From NCBI RefSeq assembly GCF_001194135.2, contig NC_068982.1, positions 166,757,218-166,790,470 of the forward strand: a stretch of 33,253 bases of DNA. The letters run 5' to 3'. Of this stretch, positions 1 to 10,717 are shown in pieces. A program made the position numbers and the translations under genes. Within the stretch, counting starts at the first letter, position 1, and every line of letters starts with the position of its first letter. The notes beneath the pieces were generated by a model, which was given only the letters and a program-made list of their open reading frames with translations, had not been told where the DNA came from and made no database searches. Source of the DNA: Octopus bimaculoides (Eukaryota).

Positions 1-411
1 ATATATATATATATATATAAATTTCATTAATCAAAAATGTTATATTAAATACCATGCAACATGAATTCTTGATTTATTAAAATTATCTTTGCTTCTAGAG
101 GTTGTGTCACACTTACCAAATGACAATTGAGACAAGCTCTAGATGAGAATGAAAGATAATCTTAAGAACTCCCAAAGTTAACATTCCATTACTGAAAAGG
201 ACACGCTTATTGTCTGGGGATTAAGAGGACAGTAGCAGTCAAGGGTTTTTTGCGTCAAAAGGTTTCATCAGCTAGACAATTGTACTTTCTTAACTCTTTT
301 AACCAAGGGACTTAAGCACATGCAAAGAAGAGTAGAATATATTTATAACCTAGGTAATTTGCATAGTTTAAGCAAAAATCAGATAAGAGAAAAAGTAGTC
401 TGTGGTATGTA

Positions 412-1280
412 TGTGGTCTGATCAATGAGTATTCGAACTGTTGCCGTATTAACGAATCTAATGCATGTAGAGTAAAGCCGCTTGGCACAGATTGATCTGG
501 AACTCTGCTGCGCATGCAAACTAAGTTTTAACGTTGTAGCTCACTTTTGCTGCTTACAGCAGTGCTTGAAAGAAGGTGTGTTGCGTGTGATCGTTGCATT
601 GAACGTGACAGAGAAAATTGAGTAGAGAATCTGTTTCAAATGTTTTCAAAAGTTTGGCGATACCTACTCAAGGGCCTACGCAAAATTTTCAAAAAGTTTT
701 CATCGTTCTCGACACAATCAAGGTGACCTTGTGCATCTGAAACCCGAGTGTGTTTTTGGTCAGCTGAAAGCAGTTTTAACACAAACTTGGCAGACACGTG
801 TCTCATACCCAAATTTTCAGTGATAATTGACTGAACTAAACCGTGACTAATCTGCACATCCTCTGATTTCCCTCTTACAGCTGCACGTACATCTGCGATG
901 TTTTTCTCAGTTCTGCTGGTTGCACCTCTCCCAAAACGTTCGTCAATATCGACATTTTTCGGCCATCTTGGAAACGTCTGAACCACTCGTACTCTTGTGT
1001 GCGGCTAATACATTCCTCTCTATACACTTTCTGCAACTTTGCGTAGGTCTCTGAGCAGGTATCACCATGATAACTTTCTTTGTCATGGTCAATGCGATGA
1101 TCACACACTACACGCCTTCCTTCCAAGCACTGCTGTAATCAGTAGAAGTGAGCTATAACGTTAAGACTTAGTGCGCACGCACAGAAAAGTTCAAGATCAA
1201 TCTTTGCCCAGCGGCTTCACGCTCCGTGCTTTAGCTTCGTTACTATGGCAACAGTCCGGATTCTTATTGATCAGACCTCG
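412..1280. mobile_element. Non-autonomous mariner-derived element built from two inverted 5' ends (TA-flanked)
   Basis: TA at 410-411 and 1281-1282. Ends TGTGGTCTGATCAATGAG / rc CGAGGTCTGATCAATAAG. 412-~684 is an inverted copy of ~1038-1280 (41/50 identical over the first 50 nt by hand). Both arms carry the start of a mariner transposase (left arm: VTEKIE*RICFKCFQKFGDTYSRAYAK). Confidence 0.85.
690..1095 (-). pseudogene. Frameshifted N-terminal (HTH) fragment of a mariner transposase
   Basis: Across frameshifts: GDTCSETYAKLQKVYREECISRTQEYEWFRRFQDGR / KNVDIDERFGRGATSRTEKN...ISHGLVQSIITENLGMRHVSAKFVLKLLSADQK...ENDENFLK. This is the typical mariner N-terminus with a WVPxxL-equivalent (FVLKLL); it stops just before the TGDE catalytic motif. 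Confidence 0.85.
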
Positions 1281-2111
1281 TATTTGACAACATAAACAAT
1301 TACGGGTATATCAAATATCATACAATATAAATTCTTGAGAAACTTAGTTTACGCAATTGAAGCAACATTTCTTTAAAATTGCCATCTGTATATCATACTA
1401 AATGTATACACACCTTTAGAAATCATGAAGGTGTGAAATTGAGATAAAATCTCTTCATATTCTGGGTTGTGCTAAAAATACAATATATATTGGAGTATGA
1501 CGAACATCGTCACTGCAGTAACTTACGAGAATGACAGACACATTTCACCTTTCTTGAGGCTTGTCAGTACTGTGCATTTCATTGTCACCTGCTTAAGCAA
1601 AATTCATTCTTTGAGTTTACGTAACTGAAACAGCATTAAATTGAAATCGCCATCTGTGAAACTCTAAAAATTCCACCGTATTGCTGAATTCCAGATCAGA
1701 AATTTTCAGCAAATGCAAACACATGAACAAGTTTCTGTTGGCGAATTTGAGAACACTACCATCTCCGAGTTGAGCAACTGTATCGCAGACTTTAGACCTC
1801 TTCCGTTGATTCTATAACAACTGGGTTTATGGCTTTATGACCAAAGGGGACTAACTCTAATTCTTCTTGTTTTCCTTCTTTTTCCGTTTCTTTTATCCTT
1901 CCACTTTTTTCATTCACCTTCTTCTCGTTTTTTCTAGTGATTTCTCTTGTTCTATTATCCTGATTTGTTACTTGTGTAAGGCGATGTGCCGAGAGCCAGC
2001 AGATTGCTTGGAGACACTAGGCGCATTATCAAAACCTGCCTAGAAATAAATCTTCAATGTATGAAACTATTAGTAGCTCATAACTATATTCTGTGTACAT
2101 TAAACACTACA

Positions 2112-2148
<37 letters not shown>

Positions 2149-2159
2149 TATATATTGAT

Positions 2160-2851
2160 GATCCTCCATCTTGATGACGTGTCCTGCCCAGCGTAACTGT
2201 ATCTTCGGCAGAGTTGTTTCAATGCTGGCGATCTTCGCACGCTCTAGTACCTCGATGTTAATGACAAAGTCACTCCAGTGATTACTGAGGGTGATGCGAA
2301 AGCAGCGCTGTCAGAATCGTTCAAGGAGTCATAGATAGTGTAGGTAGATGACCCACGACTCTGAGCCGTACAAGACGGTGATCAGAACGACGGTTCTGTA
2401 TACACTGATCTTGGTCTTTAGCCTTCTGATGGTTATCATTCCAGACTCTTTTACACAATCTGGCGAATGCACTGTTTGCCTTGACTAATCTGTTATTAAC
2501 TTTGTCGATTTTGACATCTGACGAGATGGTGCATCCTAAGTAAGTGAACTGATTGATTGTCTTTAGTTCAGTCTCCTCGAGGGTAATGCGAGGGTGTGGT
2601 ATTTATGCTGTGAGGTGTGTTGATAGAGAACTTCAGTTTTCTTTAGACTGACTTGTAACCCAAAGTGCCGGGCAGATTCTACAAGGTAAGACGTGATGCG
2701 TTGCAGGGCTGTATCTGTGTGGGCAACAAAGCAGCATCGTTAGCAAAAAGTAACTCATGGATAGATTGTTAGTGTTGGTGAGATGGGTTGTTCCAGTGAT
2801 GAGTTGGTATGAGTTTGTAGGCACCTTAGATTGAAGAGGATGTTATATCAG
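2160..2851 (-). mobile_element. RTE-clade LINE fragment (reverse transcriptase C-terminal half), decayed
   Basis: Minus-strand translation across frameshifts: LFNLRCLQTHT...ELLFANDAA (FADD motif)...FGLQVSLKKTEVL...ELKTINQFTYLGCTISSD...KANSAFARL...TKISVYRTVVLITVLYGSESW...LERF*QRCFR...IEVLERAKIASIE...QLRWAGHVIKMED. Confidence 0.9.
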
Positions 2852-2870
2852 TGTGTGAGTGTGTGTGTGT

Positions 2871-2901
<31 letters not shown>

Positions 2902-3310
2902 GGACATACATACATACATACACCACTTCATATAACTACTATAAATAGACCTCCATAATCACTGTCACGTATTACACATCCCTCTCACCGCTACCATGTA
3001 ATCTATGTTAACATACATAAACAACGAGGTATATATATATAAACTCCTGGCAGAAGTCAGAAAAATTCTTTTTTTTTCAAATGTGGACGTGACAAAAATC
3101 ATGGCAGCGTCTCGTTTGCTCTGGTATGATTGTCACGATGCTTGTAGAAGGGTGTGGTGTAAATGTGATGAAATCAGGGAGATGGAGTGAAGGTAGCTGT
3201 TGTCAATATTGAAGATGGTTGTGGCGTATGTGGTGGTGGTGATGATGGTGGTTACGGTGGAGGTTGTGAGAATGTGGTGTGGGAGTAGAATTGATAGCGA
3301 TAACAGTTAC

Positions 3311-3318
3311 AGCTACTA

Positions 3319-3358
<40 letters not shown>

Positions 3359-3423
3359 CACTACTGTTGCTGCTGATACTGCTGCTACTACTACTACTAC
3401 TTTAGCAGCAGCTGCTGCTGTTG

Positions 3424-3473
<50 letters not shown>

Positions 3474-3489
3474 GCAGCAGCAGCTGCTT

Positions 3490-3544
<55 letters not shown>

Positions 3545-3545
3545 C
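3311..3545. repeat. Compound (CTA)n/(CTG)n/(CAG)n trinucleotide microsatellite
   Basis: Directly visible. It produces the poly-T/A/V/S/L ORFs at 3203-3665. Confidence 0.97.
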
Positions 3546-4961
3546 AGAGCCTTTATGTAGTCTCTCGATTTGCAAGAGGTTGCAGCCAAACATCCCTAAA
3601 ATGAAAATACCATTGTCTTGAAAAGAGAGGAAGAAAAACAGAAAAATTTGGTCCCAGATACGCAATGGCCGATTTGCAATTTAGATCCTGAATAAATCAG
3701 CTACAGTTCATCCTTCCTTAATTTAGCTCGTGTGACTCTTGACAGATTTAAAACATACAACAAACACTATAAGAAGAGAAAGGGAATCTTAGATGATCTA
3801 GTAGATTACACTGTCCGATCAACATGTCCTTCCATTTTTTAAAGGAAGTAGGGAATGATTTGAGCAAGATTTGGTTGCTAATTCTAGCAGCTGGAGTGAC
3901 TTTGTTGAGGGTCTTCCGTTGGCTCAAGCAAAGCGAAATGCAAAGCACAACATTTGCACCAGAATACGAATACATAACTCAGAGCAGCAAGATTTGAATC
4001 TCAATTGTTCAGTCTAAAGATCTTGGCGAATCGTACAATATTTATCATAGATTTTTAGGAAAGTGGTTATACACCATTAGGTGTACAACTGCTTTCCTAT
4101 ATTAAATTCTAAATAATAACGGAACGCAGAACTCTGAACTATCAACACAACAATATTTATTTATGGAGGAAATAGGCAGCACTTCGCCTTTTGGTTGCTG
4201 AGACGCCGTCAATGATGTTGAGAGGTTATTTGTCTAGCTCCAGAGTTGGAATGTTGGAAAGAGCTGTCCCCAGAGTTGGAATGCTGGAGAGACAGCTTGA
4301 TCCGTCCATGCTCATGGCCGGCCGACCGAGAAAGAGAATGAATAAGGGCGCCAAACTTGGATATTGATGACTACGCATGCGCACGAGACAAGGCGTTACT
4401 ACAGATTCACCTAAACCAAAGCTATCAAAGCCACTTTCAGCTCCTGTAACAACTAAATATAATGACTGCTATTTCTAACGAGTCGAGAAACCATGTAAAG
4501 GCTATCCTTGTGGTCCAATATTGAATTGATTGTGATATAAGCACGCTACACTGCCACATGGCATTATACTACATCACCAAAGTCTCATATGTTAACCAAC
4601 GAGTGAATGTGAACGCTATCACTCGACCTGTTAAAAGGAGCAATTCTGATTTCCTCGCCTATGTTCTATTTTTTACCATTTGATCCAGGAAAGAAAGATG
4701 ATATCTATATCCTTTATTTATCTATTTTTTTCAAGGCTTCCAGAAACGGTTACTGGAAGAAAGTTATCCTCAAATTAGAGACCTCCTCCATTTACTTACA
4801 ACACAGTGAATTCCGCAAAAGGCTCCCAGTGAACAGATGTTGGTGTTAAAAAGGGTAACGATCTAAGTCTAGCATCCAAGAACTCAGAATGCAAAGACCT
4901 AAAATAATTACGACATGGCCATTTAACTGATGTAATAGTAATTCTGCCGATCCACCGCTCT

Positions 4962-5135
4962 GCACTGGTGCTTCATTTTAACAACTCTGAAAAGATGAAG
5001 GACAATGTGAGATTTGAATCCAGAGCGTAGAGAGTCGGAGATTTGAATCCAGAGAGTCGTGAGATTTGAATCCAGAGCGTAGAGAGTCGGAAAGAATAAC
5101 AAATTATTTGTTCAACGCTTAACTGACTCTATCAG
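4962..5135 (-). mobile_element. Degenerate tRNA-derived SINE (same family as 23101-23336) with internal tandem repeat
   Basis: CTGGTGCTTCATTTTAAC..CTCTGAAAAGATGAAGGACAA resembles CTGGTACTTATTTAATCGACCCCGAAAGG..ATGAAAGGCAA of 23196-23240. GAGATTTGAATCCAGAG(CGTAGAG)AGTCG is repeated three times at 5009-5090. Confidence 0.55.
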
Positions 5136-5219
5136 TTTTATCTCTACATATTAAAAAAACGTAGAACGTATGAGATCCTTGTTTCACAAATTCCTCTCAA
5201 TGCCTTGTTAGAAAATTAT

Positions 5220-5850
5220 TGACAATATTGGTGATGATTGTGTTGAAGGTTGTGATGGAAATATTGTTAGTATGCAATGGAGTGTAATACTAATGGGTGT
5301 GTAGTTACTATGGTGATGTCAGGCCGGTAAAGTATTAGTACTAACGCTGATGTTGGTCGTAACGAAAACCTAGTAAGTGGTATTGATGTAATGGTGGTAG
5401 TGATGTAATAGCTATGATGTTTGTGGAAATCGTGCTGCTAGGATGGTGATAGTGTTGGTAATGGTTATTTGTGGTAAAATATGTGGTTGTGGGGTTGGGA
5501 TGATGAAAGTGAAATGGCACTAAATGTTACAGTTGTGTGGAAATATGGATCATGTGATGAAACTGTTAGTTGCAGTGGTCGTACTGTTTTGTAGAGGTGG
5601 CGTTGGTGGTAGTGAATGCGAATGGAACTGTTTATGATAGCGGAGAAGGCAGTGGTGTGATGGACGAGTTGAGGTTCTCTGTTGGTTGTAGAGGAGGAAA
5701 CGGTAATAGTGGTGAAGTGAAGTGATGGGAAAATTGATATTTTTTGTTGTGGAAACTACATTTTATATTGTGATAGTTGTGTAATAATAGTTGTGATGGG
5801 AATTATGAAACAGTGCTGGTATGGTCGTTCCGTTGTTGTTGTTTTTGTTT
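5220..5850. repeat. Decayed GT-rich trinucleotide low-complexity tract
   Basis: Dense GTT/GGT/GAT/TGT triplets without a fixed period. Confidence 0.7.
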
Positions 5851-6058
5851 AACTTCTAACTAAAAGAATTCCAACCATGAATATCCCATCATTTTAAAAG
5901 TATGTTGAATTACTTATTCAATGTGTTCTTTTCTTTCACAAGATGGTAGGGTGTGATTTCTAGTAGGTCGAGCCTCTGCATAGAGCCCGAAGTACTGCAT
6001 CGGGACGAAATGCTTTGTTGTTGTGGAGGCGTATAAAACTGTATTTTAATAAGGTTAT

Positions 6059-6522
6059 GGCGATCCTTCGATACTAGTCCATTACAACTTCCGGTCGTTG
6101 CGCGCACGCATACTGATTACATGATCGTATAGTGCGTTTGTTTTTCAATGACTTGAAAATATGAAAAGACAACATTAAATAGAAACTCAAACCTTCTCCC
6201 CCTCAGATGCATACAGTTCTCAAACTTTAAATACATAAATACACTATACGATCATGTAATCAGTATAGGGAGGAGATACACCACCGTGGAGGTGCGCTTC
6301 ACAACGGAGGAAGAAACAATAAAACACTCCACAGAGGCAATAAGGACAGAGGAATGGGTGCTCTTGCCTTCGTACTGCGGTAAACGTGTGGCGAAGGTGC
6401 GAGTGAGTAAGGTGCCATCCGAACTGAAACTTTAAACACATAAACACACTATACGATCATGTAATCAGTATGCGTGCGCGCAACGACCGGAAGTTGTAAT
6501 GGACTAGTATCGAAGGATCGCC
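6059..6522. mobile_element. MITE-like/foldback element with perfect 76-bp terminal inverted repeats
   Basis: 6059-6134 (GGCGATCCTTCGATACTAGTCC...GATCGTATAGTG) is the exact reverse complement of 6447-6522. No target-site duplication found, so the superfamily is unassigned. Confidence 0.75.
6268..6426 (+). pseudogene. Captured internal fragment of a LINE ORF1 (gag-like) protein
   Basis: Translates without stops as GRRYTTVEVRFTTEEETIKHSTEAIRTEEWVLLPSYCGKRVAKVRVSKVPSEL. It is 25/53 identical, gap-free, to the ORF1 segment at 12394-12552 (-), and is flanked by 45-bp direct repeats 6222-6266 / 6427-6471. Confidence 0.8.
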
Positions 6523-6598
6523 GAACTTTGTAATTAACCACACAATTGTTAGTGCTCACAAATACTCATAAACTAAAGTGTTGTTAGTGAATATAGTA

Positions 6599-6627
6599 GG
6601 CGGAAGCTGGCGGAAGCTGGCGGAAGC
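6599..6627. repeat. 10-bp tandem repeat GGCGGAAGCT x3
   Basis: Directly visible; the third copy ends in GGCGGAAGC. Confidence 0.9.
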
Positions 6628-8278
6628 CCGTTGGATACATATGTACGTGCGCACCTGTATTTATGTGTATGCGCATGTCTATATGTTTTTCACTGCTTGG
6701 CAATCAACTGAATAAGCACTAGATTTAGAAATGTATATACTGGGTTTAATTTGACTGATTAAACCCTTCAGGGAGTTATCCCAGTATTGCTACCATCCAA
6801 CGACTGACACCAGTAAAAAAAGAACAAAATAAAAAGCAGACATAAACTATTTGAAAGAGAATGCTATATGGAAGATAAAGATTTGTTGAAAGAATTCTAA
6901 CGTATAATCTGTTGAACCATATGTTTTTTCATATTTTATCCTGGTCTTCGCCGTCCTTTTTTAAGATTCTATTACGTAAGTATGCAACATAATAAAACAT
7001 ACCGGACACATTCTATGTCCTTTTACTAAATTCTCACGGTTGGTCTACGAGTGGTCAAAGATAAACCAATCCTGGGACATCCTGCAGAAATGAGATGTTG
7101 GAAGTCAAAATATGTAAAGTATTTCCTTTTACAAAAAAATGTGCGCTTATGCTGCATATTTCTATAATAAATTCTTCTAAAGATGGGGGTGATTTTTGCA
7201 AGATAGGCAATTGTGAACAAGAAAGAACCAAATCATGAAATATAATCTGATTCAACCCAATATATGGTAGGTAGGGGTCGGGACATACTGAGTAATATTT
7301 ATTGCATCTTTGACTTTAAAAAAAAAAAATTCACCGGCCTGTCATCAGATTAGCAAATGATCTTTTCTAAATGCATTAAAAACATTATAACATATTCATT
7401 ACATCATTTCATAAAATTATCTCCGTTCTCTTTGAGGGTACAAAAGAACAATTTTGGTGGGGCAAACCGAGTAAGACAAAATAAGGTAAACCTGCCTCTT
7501 CAATTTTCCAGAATTCTATTTGATAAAACAAACAAAAAAACTCATACACATCAGTATCCATCCTTAGACATCTAAAGATTCGAAATGCAAACAATAATTT
7601 AAAATATTTACGTCAAATGAAAGCGGATCATGGGAAAGTAGCGCATGATATGAAATTAACGAAACTCGACTAAATCCAAAAGTTCAACATAAAATATTTC
7701 TAATAGCTTCTTCACAATCTGCTGGAGTGGATCTCTTCCTGACATATTTACACAACATCTATATAATGACCTGTTTGTTCGTTCACCCGTTATACTTTAA
7801 TTAGTTAGAGTGGTGGAGGTGGAGTAAGAGTAAGAGAGAGGGGGAGAGAGAGGGAGGAGTGAAGAGAGAAGAGAGGAAGAAGTAGAAAAAGGTGATTAAT
7901 ATTAATACACTTAAGCCAAATGATCACGTGGTCAGCTGAAGGTAAAAGCGAAGAACGAGAGTAAAAGACGATGCGAGAAAAGAGGGAGAGAGAAGTGTTA
8001 ACGACGTGTGGTGGGGGAGAAATACTTATTACGTGGTTAAAAAGTTAGCTGAAGGAAAAGATAGATAGAGATTGACATGGGAAGCAGTTGTATTGAGAGA
8101 GAGAGAGAGAGAGAGGGGCAGATAGCGGGGGTGGTGATGGTAATGGTAGTGTCTTGATATTAAAAAGTATCTTTTTTATTGAACTAATTTTTTTTATAGC
8201 GACCATCGCATACACATAAGTGCAATTATTTATCGTCTGCTCGCTTAAAAATTTGATATTTGTTAATAAGGGTTAATT

Positions 8279-8469
8279 TAGCCGAAACTCTGGATTCACA
8301 GGAAACACGGTTGCAAGCTACTCGAGAAAGGATGCGCAGATATAGAGGACAGACCAGAGAGGAACAGCGAGAAGATATAATAAAAAGAGGAAAAAGACAA
8401 CACCGATGGAGGCGTGAGGAAGTGAATGTGGTTGAACGTCAAGAATATTTAAAGAAAGCTAAACTATGA
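8279..8469 (+). other. Charged R/E-rich open stretch, possibly a Helitron Rep-Hel N-terminal repeat relic
   Basis: LAETLDSQETRLQATRERMRRYRGQTREEQREDIIKRGKRQHRWRREEVNVVERQEYLKKAKL resembles the ETxEQRxxRL-type repeats of animal Helitron N-termini. Compositional similarity only. Confidence 0.3.
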
Positions 8470-9211
8470 ATGCTATAAAAATGCAAATCATCCTTTCTTA
8501 AATAGGTCCTCTTAATTTTTTCATTCCGCGGAATTTACATGGGTCCTAATAGTACAATTGAAGAGAATAAATTGTTGAAATTAGTCATTACTCATTTTGC
8601 CTTTTTTTAGACACCATGTTTTTGAAAATTGAAAATTATCAAATTGGGCATTAGTATGAGAAAAAAATTGATTTGGAATCCAGCATAAAAAAGGATATTG
8701 ATTGTTAAACACTAAAGATTATCCACATATTTTATTAGCAACCTCAATTACAACCGGGCCAAGTTTGAAAAATTTCTTGAAAAAAAAGTACCTCTCAGCT
8801 AACTATGTTTCAAACTGTCTCAACTTCAACAACCGTAATTATACTGACCAATTTCTCACTCTCAAATATAATGCAACAGTACAAAATGACAGTGCAATAC
8901 TTGTATTGTAATGATTTCAAACCAGTAGGGATAAAATAACGAGAAATCAGAAATTACTTATTTTGTCCCACCCGCTATGTAGAAAATAATATATCGAAAA
9001 ACTCCCTGTTGTTAATACAATGGAATTATATCAACAATTTGGTCCTACATGTATAACGACACTTTTTGAAATATGACCACGAAATAAAACGTAAGTGAAT
9101 ATAGTGTGTATGTTTGTTTTTATATTACCGTTATGACTCTTCCACGATATAATTATTTTCCAAGTAAACAAATCATCATGAAAGTTAGCCACAGGACATA
9201 CGTATTATAGG

Positions 9212-9562
9212 AATTATCATTATTTACATTATTTACATTTGACAGATATTTGTCCTCATCTTGTTTGTTGTTAACCACTACGCCATATGCCCACGGGCAT
9301 ATGGCGTAGTGGTTAAGAGTGCGGGCTACTAACCCCAAGATTCCGAGTTCGATTCCAAGCGGTGACCTGAACAATAACAATAATAATAATAATAACATCG
9401 AAAAATATCTCAGGAATGAGAACCCAGGTTCGAAATTTCCCCAAGACACCTAAAGAAGACTGTCGGCTATATCAGCCGAAACGTGTTAACAACAAACAAG
9501 ATGAGGACAAATATCCGTCGAATGTAAATAATGTACTTCGTTATCTCTTAAATATAGAACTG
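9212..9562 (+). mobile_element. tRNA-headed short retroelement with degenerate hammerhead-like motif and inverted partial copy (retrozyme/Penelope-dependent SINE-like)
   Basis: A-box TGGCGTAGTGG 9302-9312, B-box GAGTTCGATTCC 9345-9356, anticodon-like arm GGG-CTACTAA-CCC. (TAA)n spacer, then GACAC-CTAAAGA...CAGCC-GAAA-CGTGTT at 9445-9487. Inverted copies: 9271-9292 vs 9295-9316 (22/22) and 9226-9275 vs 9485-9534 (48/50). Confidence 0.7.
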
Positions 9563-10037
9563 TATGCTTTTTGTGTTTAGCAAACAATACAAAAAGCGTT
9601 CCAACCATGACTTAATCAGTTATTCTATTCTACGCATCCGGAACTACTTTATTTAATACAACTCTCTATTTTTGAGTTGAAATGATATAATTTGAGGGAG
9701 ATTTAATTTCCAGTGTTTAGCAGGCAAAGTGACCACATTGTGACTCATTGAGGTTGCTATTGTTTTTGTTACTATATCACCAGGTTTGCCTTCATCGAGA
9801 AGATGTGACCAATCCGTCGTTTCAAGCTATCTAAGATTGCATTATGTAATGTACTCTTTTAAAACACAGCTGGGTGTGATTAGAAGGAAAGTTGGTTATT
9901 TCGAGCAGGTAGAGGTTCCTACATACATTAGCTTGTGTAATAAAAGTTGTTTTGTAGACAATGCCAGCCATTGCCATCCCATCTTTTAAGATTAATGAAT
10001 CACTGAGCACATTGAGTTTCTCTTTTTTAACTCAATG

Positions 10038-10100
10038 TAGGCGCAGGAGTGGTTGTGTGGTTGCTTCCCAACCACAAGGTTCCGGGTTCAGTTCCACTGC
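10038..10100 (+). mobile_element. 5' (tRNA head) fragment of the SINE family at 10718-11164
   Basis: AGGCGCAGGAGTGGTTGTGTGG...CCAACCACAAGGTTCCGGGTTCAGTTCCACTGC matches 10718-10787 with a small deletion. Confidence 0.8.
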
Positions 10101-10352
10101 CTAGAAAAATAAAGATGTCACACAGTAAATGTAACATAGCTAGATAAATAGACGGGGATGTTAATAACCAGGTTCACCGCTCTCTTAATTACTTCTTTTA
10201 CTTTGGCTGGAGATATCTTGAAAGGTTTAAATTATTTTCTGAAAATGAAGAATCTTAGACATTTTTTGGACGTGATTTTTGCACATACATTTTTTTGCAC
10301 TTGTAAAGTATAAATATTTGTGTATGCACACACACACACACACTCACATACG

Positions 10353-10389
<37 letters not shown>

Positions 10390-10717
10390 NNNNNNNNNNC
10401 ACGTGCGCACACACACATACATAGATGGGCGCAAGGATAATTGATGTAGTAAGCTAAGAAATTTTAATTAATTAAAAGCACGCCCTAACTATTATTTTCT
10501 AAAAGACTGATTCTGGTTTAAAAAAATAGTCGGCGGGAACACGCTGAAAATTTTAATTAATCATAAATGATTAAAGCAGACGATTTGTTCGACTAAAATT
10601 CCTAAAGGCGATGCTCCAGCATGGCCGAGATCTAATAACTGAAATAAGTAAACGGTTAAAAGTAAAAGATAAATATGGAATGTGATGGTGATGGAGTCCG
10701 ATCATAGAGTTTAACAT

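Noticed and set aside
1480-1990. Possible Penelope GIY-YIG 3' relic (IYIG, Cys-rich stretch, QLG...RGL, pyrimidine-rich tail)
   Set aside because: Motifs are in the wrong order and spacing, fall in different frames and are too short to support without an HMM search.
3203-3665. Long ORFs rich in T/A/V/S/L
   Set aside because: Translations of a trinucleotide microsatellite open in several frames; no coding signal.
4232-4400. Short direct repeat CCAGAGTTGGAATG(T/C)TGGA x2 and GC-richer stretch, considered as solo LTR or promoter
   Set aside because: No TG...CA termini, TSD, PBS or PPT could be located.
9295-9366. Possible genuine tRNA gene
   Set aside because: No proper acceptor stem and no oligo-T terminator; it continues into a repeat body, so it is a SINE head. 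The same applies to the heads at 10718, 23336 and 24603.
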